Shown: positions 11,294 to 21,608, numbered from the stretch's first letter. The stretch is 34,720 bases of DNA from Catajapyx aquilonaris (GCA_000934665.2 JYFJ02004104.1:1-34720), one strand, 5' to 3'. Notes: generated from the letters alone by a model not told the origin. Made by a program: numbers and translations.

Positions 11294-12856
11294 GATTGGG
11301 TGGCCCAAATGGAAGAAGTCAAGGAGGTTTACTTCGAGGGCTATTTAGGTGCATCACCATCAAACCCTTATGCCATCCTAGCAGACCTATATGATTTGGG
11401 GTTGGATGGCCCTCCATTACCCCTTCCTTTCCTACAACTTTCACCCACGGAGCTTCAGACTGGTTCAAGAATAGCTTTTGGGATGCCCTGCCAACCATCA
11501 GATATGTCATTGACGTCACCATCAGCAGGTCAATACCCACCCTCAGAGGGGAATCCTGCTTCCACAAAACCATTTGCTGTGACTACCATGACTCCAAAGC
11601 CTGAGGCTTTTCCAGCTTGTGAGGAAGTTACTTCTGCAGAGGCCGCACATGGTCAGGATGTTGCTAAGGTGATTGTACCTCCAACTCCAAGCATGATGGC
11701 AGAGGCTGTGTACACTGATACACAATCTATGTCTCCTGTTATGGTGCAAGTTGTGCCTGTGGAAGCAGAAGACATGCCCACTGGAACTGGTCCTATACCT
11801 TCAATGAGTCAAGATCCATCTTGTGTACCATATGAGTCATCAAACATGTCGGCTCACAATAATTCTCTTCAGGTTGAAGTTATGAAGCTTTGTCTTGGAG
11901 AAACTCCAGTCGAGTCCATACGTTCTGCAATGGCAGGACTCAAGTTTAACGGACAGCCACCTGCTCAAAGGCAAATCACGGGTGGTGTTTCAAGGTCCCT
12001 TGACAGCACTTTCTTGGTGCAGAATGAAGACGTGTGTGCAACTGCTGGTGGTTCTGTGCTCTTTCCTGAAAGCCTAGAACCTGACTCCACCTTTACATCA
12101 GATGCCGTACCTTTCCCAACTCCTACGCCATGGGGCACTGCACCTCGCTACTGCCGCAAGTCAAAGTCAACCTCTCTGTCTCCTTCATCAGACACTAACC
12201 TGTCGCTGCCAGAGCTGCACATGGTGGATGAGATTCTGAGCTTGGCTAAGTCAGGCCCTGCTTTCCTTTCTGCTAGGACTGCTAAGGTCATGCGCTCTGT
12301 CTCTTCAACCAGTGACATCCCAGAAGCGTCAAAGGAGAACCTTGCACCCAGTATTAATCATATAATGAGGGAGGTTATACCAAAGGACAGTACTGCTCAG
12401 GAAAACTGCAGCAGCAAGCCTGTGGTACAGACCCATGCATCACCTTGCCCTGCTGGAGTCAAGACCCATGCATCACTGAGCTCTCCTGAAGTGAAGACCC
12501 TTGCCTCACCCAGCCATCCTGGAATGAAGACTGTTGCATCACCCAATCATCCTGGAGTGAAGACCCATGCATTACTGAGCTCTCCTGCAGTGAAGACCCG
12601 NACCTAATCATCCTGGAGTGAAGACCCATGCATCACCGAGCCCTCCTGGAGTGAAGACCGTTGCATCCCAGAGCCGTCCTGGAGTTAAGACCCTTGTCCC
12701 CAAGAACAGTTCTACTTGGGACAGCCGCAAACTGAAGAACACTACAGAGTACCGTCAGCACAAGAACATTCGTGCTGCGACGTATCGTCCGCATAAGGAC
12801 AGTCCTGATGTGGCAACTGTTAACATTAAGGAGTCTTCCTCAAGGGCAGATATGAG
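11294..12856 (+). CDS. KIF18A: Kinesin-8 (KIF18A-like) tail, large coding exon C (frame break at N 12601 is probably an assembly gap)
   Basis: Acceptor cccttctttcag|GAT (phase 0) and donor ATGAG|gtaaag (phase 2). Long S/P/T-rich ORF. KEVYF lies where KIF18A has its KVVVW PP1 motif, and KENLAP is a KEN box. ORFs 11264-12607 and 12618-12860 join in frame if the N stands for 6 nt (+33n). Confidence 0.8.
12425..12695 (+). repeat. Coding 33-bp tandem repeat (at least 8 units; consensus VKTHASPSHPG)
   Basis: Units GTGAAGACCCATGCATCACCNAGCCNTCCTGGA repeat directly; an N falls inside unit 6. Confidence 0.95.
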
Positions 12857-13595
12857 GTAAAGTAATTGGAAATCCTACCATTGAGTTGACAATTTGAATT
12901 ATTGTGATCTGAAGATTATCATCTGCCAGAAAGCCTTAAGCGCCTACTAGAGGTAATCACGAGTTAATCCTCTTGGTACTGCCATTTTGAATTTGCACCT
13001 GCCCAAAAAGGTGAAGTAATATTTTGTAAGGTCAAGGGCAGTCCTAGTTAAAAGAGAATAATTTGCTTTTAAGACACGATGTGGAGACATCAGTTTTACC
13101 CTGGAAAGTGTCATTTTCAATGTGCTTACTATTGTACATGTTGGGGAAAACCATAAGCATAAACATTACAGAAATTTTGCAATAGGGTCATTCCACGTCC
13201 ATCTTGTAAATGGTGGTGGCTTGACCCCTTCTGATGTAACTGAAAAAAATCAGGTAGGTAGGGATTTGAACCTGATTGCAGGCAAATCTCACGGAGATAT
13301 AACAATAGAAAGTTCTACAATGACGTCCATGTAAAGTATTTTAAACTGTTCAGACTGTTCTCCCAACACCAATATGTTATAACTTATATCAAATGGAAGG
13401 TAATTCAGAGAGGAATAACATGGTTGCAAAATATTCGACCTAACTCGAAAAACATGGAAAAAGAATTCGCAAATATACAGGGGTTAGACAAATTAATCCC
13501 TGCAAAAAGCGGGTGAATTTGCTCCTCCAGTGTACTCGAAAACTGGAAAGGTTACAGAGATAACCTTTACTGATTTTTGAAGCTCTGTCGATGTA

Positions 13596-13782
13596 CTATA
13601 TACGCCAAATTGTTTCATACCCCCGGGGTATGAAACAATTTGTCGTATAGCACTATACCTAGGTATACGCCAAATTGTTTCATACCCCCAGGGTATGAAA
13701 CAATTTGTCGTATAGCACTATACCTAGGTATACGACAAATTGTTTCATACCCCGGGGGTATGAAACAATTTGGCGTATATAG
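13596..13782. mobile_element. TA-flanked MITE made of three tandem palindromic units
   Basis: TA|CTATATACGCCAAATTGTTTCATACCCC...GGGGTATGAAACAATTTGGCGTATATAG|TA. The unit TATACG(C/A)CAAATTGTTTCATACCCCCGGGGTATGAAACAATTTG(T/G)CGTATA occurs three times. Confidence 0.85.
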
Positions 13783-14056
13783 TACATTTACAGACATGAA
13801 GATGACAAAAAATCGCAAGAGGAGGGGGAGAAACAAAAGTCTAACGACACCCCCCAGACCACATTTTTGACCAAAGTGTCCCACAATTTTCATTTGAAAA
13901 TGAAAACAGTTACAGATATGAACTTTACTGGGTTTTGAAGCTCTATCGATGTCACTCTGTGCGGTATAGAGATGGAGCAAAATTAAGGACAGGGAGAGGG
14001 GTAAAAAACAAAAATGTCACCCCTCTTCCCCGGCACTGCTTAAATGCAAACAATGG

Positions 14057-14156
14057 AAAATTTTTGTCCCACTGCTAGTTAATGCTAATTTAGCAGTACC
14101 AGTGCCAAATATGGTACTGGTAAGTTAGTAGTCACTAGCATTGGGACGAAAATTCG
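14057..14156. repeat. ~100-bp hairpin repeat (second copy 26910-26998)
   Basis: GTCCCACTGCTAGTTA...CTAGCA(G/T)TGGGAC inverted ends; two copies in the window. Confidence 0.7.
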
Positions 14157-14447
14157 ACCCAAACTTACTATACATTATTTTGTCCAACCTCTTCTCAGAT
14201 TTAGTGCTGGGTGTTTCTGTTTTTTTTCCTTCTCTCCCTGTCGGTAATTTTGGTCCATCTCTATACCGCACAAAGTGACATCGATAGAGCTTCAAAACGC
14301 AGTGAAGTTCATATCTGTAACTGTTTTCGTTTTCAAATGAAACGGGTGGGACACTTAGGTCAAAAATAGGGTCAGGGAGTATCGTTCGTCTTTTGTTTCT
14401 CCCCCTCCTCTTGTGATTTTTGTGTCATCTTCATGTCTGTAAATGTA

Positions 14448-14608
14448 CAGTATTGGTAATATGTCGAGGCAACCGCCAGTGACATTTTCCGAAGTGGCAG
14501 AAGAAGGAATCTTGCTCGCCCGGCTTGTAAGTATGCTTATCTTCGATTCCTTCTTCTGCCGCTTCGAAAAATGTCGCTGGCAGTTGCCTCGATATATGAC
14601 CAATACTG
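14448..14608. mobile_element. ~160-bp TA MITE (copies 25821-25953 truncated, and 26325-26486)
   Basis: TA|CAGTATTGGT...ACCAATACTG|TA, with a hairpin body containing GACATTTTCCGAAG / CTTCGAAAAATGTC. Confidence 0.85.
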
Positions 14609-16009
14609 TACACGAGCTTCAAAAATCAGTAAAGGTCATCTCTGTAACCTTTCTAGTTTTCAAGTACCATGGAGGAGAAAATTCACCAGCTTTTGGCAGG
14701 GGGCCCCATTATTTTGTCTAACCCCTGTATGTGTAAATATTTCCGATAGCTGTAACTTATAACATTATGATTTTAACAAAGTTATATTTAGGATATAGGG
14801 CAATCACATTTTCCTAATTGCACCCGCAAACCTTCATTGTGATAGGTCACGCATGGTTGGAAATTAAAAATCCCGAAAATATGAATCACCGCATTTCGCC
14901 AATTTTTGAGCTCAAATTTCTCGATGTGGGACTGGACCAATTATGACTTTTGGTATGTCAATTGATTCCTTGGATCATCCCCATTTCAGAAATGCATAAA
15001 CCATTCTTTACCCGTGAGCGATAATTGATTGGCGAATTTTCAAACACATGGGTGCATAAGGCGGTGCACGGAATCATTGCCATCATATAAACACAGGAAA
15101 TGCCATATGTAGTCTCTGGCAAATGTATACATATTACTTTCTCGAAAATTCACCACGCATATTGTAATCATTACTGATGCATGTGACGGTGTTTCAAAAG
15201 TGTGAGAAATTGCAATCGACTTACCATGGAATCACTGCATTTTGCTTCAGTTCATGATCCATTGTGTGACATACATTACTTCCCTTCTTTGGCTAAATTC
15301 CCATATGGTGTCCTGCTACTGGGCTGGAGAAAATTAGGCCTCAATTAGAAGAGAGGTTTGAGAAAGCACTCGTCATGCTTCCACGCGGCAATGGCATCGT
15401 TATGACCAGCTAAATGACAATGCAATGCAGGTTTATGAAACCTCTGACAGCGGCAACTATAAAACATATCCTTCAGCCAAAGAAGGGAAGTAATCTACAA
15501 GGGGCAGTCGGACAGTAAGTTTCGCGATGCTACAGTTTCGACGCCATGCAACGGACTGGGTAAAAAGGAGCATGGGCAGATACGTTGATCCTTCCTCTAC
15601 TTTATAGGACGTGTAGGTGCCGTCTTGGACCTTATGCACGGCACAGCAGCCATCGGACGAGACCGAGTGACAATCAGAGTGTGCCTGCCCATATGCCTCC
15701 AGGAGAAGTCATACCAGACAGAGAGTGTTGGTCTAATCTCTAATGGACTAAGACAAAAGTGAGGGTAGATTTTCGCTACCAGTGGTTGATATTTGACATA
15801 ATTATAACATATGACACTTAACATACGACATTCATCGCTGTATAGGGGAGGTATATGGTTTGGAGATGTCATGTCTGAGCAAATGGTACGGCAATGTGGT
15901 GCCAGCAATATTCCAGAATAAGCTCGTGAGAGTGACGGACAACCAGAGACCCCGACTACTGGCCAGGGCAATTACAGACACTGTCCTCAAGTGTCTAACT
16001 TCTGCCTTA

Positions 16010-16200
16010 AGGCCGGTATCCACGTACGAGAATCTCGCATACGAGGAGCTGCGAGGAGCCAACTGCGCATGCCCAGATACGAGGAAAGGGAGAAAAAGTA
16101 GAAAATTTTCTACTTTTTCCCATTTCCTCGTATCTGGGCATGCGCAGTTGGCTCCTCGCGGCTCCTCGTATGCGAGATTCTCGTACGTGGATACTGGCCT
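16010..16200. mobile_element. PIF/Harbinger-type palindromic MITE (191 bp)
   Basis: TTA|AGGCCGGTATCCACG...CGTGGATACTGGCCT|TTA; near-perfect hairpin over the full length. Confidence 0.88.
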
Positions 16201-16550
16201 TTAGTCTGTGTGACCAACAGTCTCTCTGCCATGACTTCTCCTGGCGACATATGGTTGGGCATGCTCGGCTCGCCACTCGCTCTCGTCCAACAGCTGCCGC
16301 GCCTGGCATAAGGTGCAAGAAGGCACCTAACCTGTCCTATAAAGTAGAGGAAGGATCAACGTGTCTGCCCATGCTTGTCTTGATCCGGTCTGTCGCATGG
16401 CGTCGAAACTGTAGCATCGTGAAACTTACTTTCTGACTCACCCTCGTCTGTTACACAATGGATCATGAACTGAAACAACTGCAGTGATTCCATGGTAAGT
16501 CGATTACAATTTCTCACACTTTTGAAACACTGTCACATAATGTGAGTAAT

Positions 16551-16789
16551 AATAATGGATACCCCGTGATGGGCCTCCTTGGGCCTCTTAGGGGATCATC
16601 CTTTCGTGAACCGTCTTTAATTATTGCCTGCGCTGTGATGGATTTTGATTGTGGGAGGAAATGGGAGAACTGTGAGAGAACCCATCGAAACTCTATCCAC
16701 ATGAGTATCCTCCATCTGACCCGGGGATCGAACTCGGGACCGCAGAGGTGGAAGGCTGCGGTGCGAACCACCAAGCCACTGTGTCGCCC
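16551..16789 (-). mobile_element. tRNA-derived SINE, V-domain family (internally deleted copy)
   Basis: Minus-strand head GGGCGACACAGTGGCTTGGTGG...GAGTTCGATCCC and (TTA)n tail. TSD of ~17 bp (tcacat(a)atgtgag(t/a)aat), whose right copy is split by the Sola2-like element. Confidence 0.85.
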
Positions 16790-16797
16790 TCACATAT

Positions 16798-17672
16798 GAG
16801 GCGCTTAGAACAAAAGTGGCCCAAGTCCGAAAATGCAATTTTCGAGATATAGGACTGCTGCCATCACATTCAGAGAACTACTCCAAGTTGGTAAAAAAAA
16901 TAGTATAAGTCCTAAGTTGGATATTTGGGCAGTAAATGACATAATGTCATTAATGCTCCAAGGAGAATTGCCTACCCCTTGGAGCAATCCTGGTGTAAGT
17001 TCCATTCCAGCTGTTAAAGATGGCCGACGAAGATCCAAGCAATATTTCTGGGGACAAAATAATATTGTGTATGACAAATAATAAGTGTGCGGCTGTCAGT
17101 TTTGCTGTTTAAAATTATCTTGTAAATTTGCGAATTTCAAATATTTGCTGAAAATTTCCTTCTTAAATTTTTTATTGGAAATTAATTTTTACTACAATAA
17201 TTTTTGTTAAAATTGAGGAATGATCAAAGGAAATGTTATAAATACAGTTGAGACCATATGTAACAGCCTCGGCTATAACGGACTCGAAAGTACGGTCCCG
17301 CCATATTTCCATAATTATGGTGTGTGTATTCGGCTATAACAGACCTAGGTTATAACAATACTGATTTCCGCGGTCCCTTGAAGTCTATTATATCCGGATT
17401 CAATTGTATTACACCCAGTCAACATTGGTGTAAGTCCATGATTCTGTAGGATCATTATGGTGTAAGTCTCACATGATCTTTTATCAATGAATCATTTTTT
17501 TTGTTACAGTTGCAATACATCTAAAAAAAGACTGCACAGTGATGATTGCCAACCTGATATAATATGGATCTAGACATATGATTTCCATTTTTTCTATGAC
17601 CTTCCAAACTTGCAGGTGAATTATCCCAACTTCAGCTTTTTGGACTTGGGCCACTTTTGTTCTAAGCGCCTC
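16798..17672. mobile_element. Sola2-like non-autonomous DNA transposon
   Basis: ATAT|GAGGCGCTTAGAACAAAAGTGGCCCAAGTCC...GGACTTGGGCCACTTTTGTTCTAAGCGCCTC|ATAT. GRG..CYC termini and a 4-bp TSD are Sola2 hallmarks. Confidence 0.8.
17245..17406. mobile_element. pogo/Tigger-type MITE nested in the Sola2-like element
   Basis: TA|CAGTTGA...TCAATTG|TA; homologous to 8738-8902. Confidence 0.8.
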
Positions 17673-17769
17673 ATATGTGAGAAATGATTACAATATGCGT
17701 GAATTTTTTAAAAGGTAATATTTATTTATTTTTTATTATCATACCCCGTGCGGCTCGTTTGGGGGGGGC

Positions 17770-17970
17770 AACCGGGAGGGTCGCGGGCCTTGGTTAAACT
17801 TTTTTTTTTTGCAATCTGTGTCAATTGAACCATTTTTGTGGCCATACAGAGTGCGTGTTTTCTGGAAAGGGGGCAGTGGTAGAAGGGGCCAGGGGAGGGG
17901 AGGAAGGGGGCGTACATTTTATGGAAACATGTTTAGGGGGTCGCAGTTGGTAAAAGGTTGGAAACCACTG
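17770..17970 (-). mobile_element. hAT-Charlie MITE copy lacking one TIR
   Basis: Reverse-oriented copy of the 2544/26587 family. One intact end (GGTTGGAAACCACTG); the other is replaced by a SINE-like tail. Confidence 0.8.
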
Positions 17971-18179
17971 CTGTAAAGATTTGATTTCGGAGCAGTTTGA
18001 TCAAATTTGGCCAATATAATGACTTGGTATATTCCCTGAAACTCAAGTCCTTTTGCACTGTACAGTACTAGGTGAGGTCTGCCAATCTTCTTCACTTAAA
18101 CCTTGGCCCCAAAATATTATTCCAAGAATATTGTTGCAGAATCTGTCATAAATACAACAGCTGGGAGGCATTTATACTA

Positions 18180-18747
18180 CGTGGGCCATACTAAAATTAT
18201 TGACAATTGTTTTTTTTTGCCACAGGGCCCTTGCAGGTCAGCAGATAGGCACATATTATCGATGGAACCCTCCTGGAGCTGAATTCACTGGCATCAACCT
18301 GTGTGTCAACCTCTCCAGGCCCTCCAGGAACCATGTTTTGGAGGTGCAACACACCCACTGCCGGACAACTGCATGCAGTCAACAATGGCATTGAAAAATG
18401 TCATTGGCGAAGGGGTTTTTTCATGGATCTTCGTTTGGGTGCTTTCACACCCACCGCAATCCCAGGCCTCGCCCCCAGCGACTTTCAACTGTTAGGTCCA
18501 TTTTAAAAACCCCTGCCCCAAAGTCATTTCAAGGACATTGTTGAACAGGAAGCAGTTGTCCGGGAGTGGGTGCACTGCACCGCCAAAAAGTGGTTCCTGG
18601 AGGGCCTGGAGAGGTTGACACACTTGTGGTGCTAGTGCATTCGGCTCCAGGGGGATTCTATTGATAATGTGCAGCTATCGGCTGATCAGCAAGAGCCCTG
18701 TATTTGTGGCAAAAAAAAAATAGTGAATCATTTTAGTATGGCCCTCA
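18180..18747. mobile_element. Mariner-derived foldback MITE (related to 3089-3896, different TIR)
   Basis: TA|CGTGGGCCATACTAAAAT...ATTTTAGTATGGCCCTCA|TA. Encodes frameshifted LSHPPQS-PGLAPSDFQLLGPF, matching the mariner HPPYSPDLAPSD motif. Confidence 0.85.
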
Positions 18748-18859
18748 TATCGAAATCTTGCTATGGCGGAAGTTGAAAGTCCCTGCATTCAGCAGTATCT
18801 GCTCCAGACCCCATGAACAAGTTTCATTTGATTCATCCAAATAAATATAGGGTAAGGGG

Positions 18860-19767
18860 GCCAAATTTCGGCACCCTTACGTTGTTTTCCTCTTGTTAGA
18901 AAATGCCTGAACGCAGCAATGTAAGGAAAGTGAATGTTAATACATTGAACATTTAACTTACCTACTAGGTCCTGCAAGGATTTTTTTTTTTAAATTAGGA
19001 AAAAGCACAATTGAAAAAGTGACAACATAAATTTTTTCAGCTTCAAAAAAAGTGTTCCTAATTTCGGCACCTGCATTTTAATGGGAGGAAAGACGTAAAA
19101 AACATTTCTAAATTTGTGAATGCTTTAAAATGCTTCATTAATAACAATTCGATGAAAACTGGTTTATCTGCACGATGAAAATAAAAAGTTTTCCCTATTT
19201 GCAAAAAAAATAAAATTTTGCCGTTGAATAATGACTTGATCAATACAATCATACGAGAACATTTTAACAGCAGGTAGTACAGACGCACAAACGTTTTCTG
19301 TGACTTTGTTTTTGAGTTCCCGCGAAATAAATGGAACTGTCACAATGAGCATGATAGTACGGTAGGTCGAAATTAGGAACGCGTAAGTAGCCAAAATTAG
19401 GAACAAGCCAACTTTCTACTGTGGCTGCTGGTTCACAGTGACACGTTGCAGCATGATGTCGATACTTTAAAACATGCAAATAAACATTGTAAGCAACATC
19501 ATAGGCTAAAATAAATTATTGAATAGCATAGCTTAATTGCTGGGAAATGATGGCGAATAATAGCATGCACTGCAGTTCACCATGCGCTTAGAAACAAACT
19601 GGTGTCAAAGGTTGCGCAATACACGGATGTTCGCATCAGTGCTGCCAGGTCACCATTTCTGTCTTTGTGACATTTTACCACTGTCACCGGCAATTTGCAA
19701 CACGTTACCACGGAGATAGCATGGCGGTCGGAATTAGGCGCATGGTCGAAATATGGACCCCTTCCCC
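18860..19767. mobile_element. TA-flanked pogo-like non-autonomous element
   Basis: TA|GGGTAAGGGGGCCAAATTTCG...CGAAATATGGACCCCTTCCCC|TA imperfect TIR, with internal repeated CCTAATTTCGG / AAATTAGG motifs. Confidence 0.6.
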
Positions 19768-19772
19768 TAGGG

Positions 19773-20024
19773 CAGGGGTTCCCAACCTGGGGGTCACGAC
19801 CCCCAAAGGGGGACATGGAGCAGGTCCAGGGGGGCCGTGAGAGGCCATGGTTATTTTTATAAATTTAAAAATAACTAAAATTTAAAAAATTAATAAAATA
19901 AATTTTATAGGAAATTTCATCACGGCGGTTTTTTTCAACATCTACTAACACTCTGGGAGGGGGTCGCAGGTTACTTGACTATCATAAAAGGGGGTGGCGA
20001 CCCGAAAAAGGTTGGGAACCCCTG
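19773..20024. mobile_element. hAT-Charlie-type MITE
   Basis: CAGGGGTTCCCAACCT...AGGTTGGGAACCCCTG; 8-bp TSD ccctaggg/ccctatgg. Confidence 0.88.
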
Positions 20025-20071
20025 CCCTATGGTATATTCCTAAGGTAAGCATATCAAACAGCACTTATTAA

Positions 20072-21114
20072 CCCTGGAATCGTGACGTGCCTGAAAGTGA
20101 CGTTAACTGTGACGTGGGGTCCTTTAGGACCCCATGCCACATTTTAATTTTTATTAATTTTTATATAATACTTTTCAATGTATTGACTATGCAATAATCC
20201 TTTGAACAATGCCTAAAAAGATCACTAATTCAAAATAAACATGCACAGGGTGTCCACAATGAACCTCCCTAGTTTTAACTTGCTACTACTACGTAAGTTA
20301 CTGGACTATGGTGGCGAAATGATACAAATGAGAAGGGACGCTCATCAAGTTTATGTAAAAAAATAAGTTGCTCCTTTAGTATCAAGCACAATTTTAAGCC
20401 GAAAATGTCCCTCCCCCGAGGTTCTCTCCAGCATGTCAGGGGTGATGGAGGACACGTCATTATTTGGGCTGTACTATGAAGGTAAGGGCAAGATATTTTA
20501 CAAATAGTAACAGCTATAATTATCCGCTCATGAAAAACACAACGTATGTATTTGAGCTGGAGTTGTGGAAATGCGAAATATTCAGCATGTCCAGCACTCC
20601 TGTGATCAAATTAAGTTTGGCTAACCACCAGTCCACCACACAACTTGCGTTTTTCCCTCTGTATATGCTATGTTTGCATCTTCCCACAGCATCCCCCACA
20701 GGATCAGTTCCAAAAATTCAGGATGAAACGTAATGAGTCTCCAGATGTTTAAACAGCCAAAACCTTATATGCTTCCACATTTCTATTTTTTATCGCTCTT
20801 TGAAACTAGGGAGGTTCATTGTGCACACCCTGTACTTTTAAAAAATGGCAACAGTTCACAATAATAAAGTAATATCTCCTTTTACAGCGTATTAGTACTT
20901 AGATAATTACAATTACGAGAGCATGGGTACAAAAACAATGACTTATCTACATTTTGGTGAGTGAAAATTAGGAAACCAGATTCGATCCATGAAATGAAGT
21001 TTTTTTTTTTAGGAATACACAAGAGTTTCAGGTCACCATCGTTTCAAGGTCACTCATTGCGATGCATTGTAATTCTTTTGGGGTCCTAAAAGACCCCATG
21101 TCATGGTTCCAGAG
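20072..21114. mobile_element. piggyBac-type non-autonomous element
   Basis: TTAA|CCCTGGAATCGTGAC...GTCATGGTTCCAGAG|TTAA, with a subterminal palindrome GGGGTC..GACCCC at both ends. Confidence 0.8.
20246..20832. mobile_element. Tc1/mariner-type MITE nested in the piggyBac-type element
   Basis: CAGGGTGTCCACAATGAACCTCCCTAGTTT / AAACTAGGGAGGTTCATTGTGCACACCCTG|TA. Confidence 0.8.
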
Positions 21115-21262
21115 TTAATCGTGAAAGATGGCATGTACAGGGTGGTTTACTGGTTAAATTCAATGGACCTAAAGCACTGTTTTTACTCAAATTCCCATCT
21201 ACAGTAATGGCTTTTTTGTGCCTCTGACAGTCACTAATGCAATCATTCTCATGTTTTTGCAG

Positions 21263-21608
21263 CACCGCCAAAGCTTGCAAGGCTCCCATGCCCACGGCAA
21301 GCAGGGGGAGAGGGGCTAGCCATCCCACTTTTTCCCGACCCCTCCTTCCCCGCTCCACTCTCCCCCGTCCTACTCCCCGCACAGTAAATACTGGCGACAC
21401 TGGTAGTGGTAACACTTGCAGTGCTGATAACCCTTCCAAGAGAACAACGAATTACACTTATTCCACACGATATGTGGAACCAACCAACAGGCCAGGCAAT
21501 GGTGACCCAAGAGGAGCAGGGAGAGGTGGAAAGCCAGATCAGTCGCAACCTGGACTGAAGTCTGGGATAACCAAGCTAAACCGAGGCAACTACTATTCTC
21601 GCTCGTGA
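21263..21608 (+). CDS. KIF18A: Kinesin-8 (KIF18A-like) terminal coding exon D (basic R/S/P/G-rich tail)
   Basis: Acceptor ttctcatgtttttgcag|C completes the phase-2 codon AG+C (Ser) from exon C. Open to TGA at 21606-21608. Contains an STLP (SxIP-type) motif in a basic context. Confidence 0.7.

Larger units (their letters stand above)
13478..14727. mobile_element. Tc1/mariner-type foldback element (~1.25 kb including three nested MITEs)
   Basis: TA|CAGGGGTTAGACAAA...TTTGTCTAACCCCTG|TA; arms are inverted-complementary over most of their length. Confidence 0.85.
15128..17720. mobile_element. Large foldback element with multiple nested insertions
   Basis: Outer arm ~15128-15270 pairs with 16449-16538 plus 17677-17720. 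Inner arms ~15502-15740 pair with 16205-16443. Termini not resolved. Confidence 0.7.

Noticed and set aside
12598..12620. Frameshift, pseudogenisation or programmed frameshift in the kinesin exon
   Set aside because: The break coincides with an N. Restoring 6 nt of the 33-bp repeat unit re-establishes the frame, so it is most likely an assembly gap.
13185..13470. Complete Sola2-like element starting at 13185
   Set aside because: Only the left-type terminus GGGTCATTCCAC is visible; no matching right end with an AATA TSD was found in the window.
13596..13782. CRISPR-like array of palindromic direct repeats
   Set aside because: The linkers are identical rather than unique spacers, there are no cas genes, the context is a eukaryotic intron, and it is flanked by a TA duplication like a MITE.
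17510..17573. Cryptic phase-2 terminal exon of the kinesin (tttttttgttacag|T..., 21 codons to TAG)
   Set aside because: It lies inside a Sola2-like element, has no similarity support and no clear poly(A) signal; transcript data would be needed.
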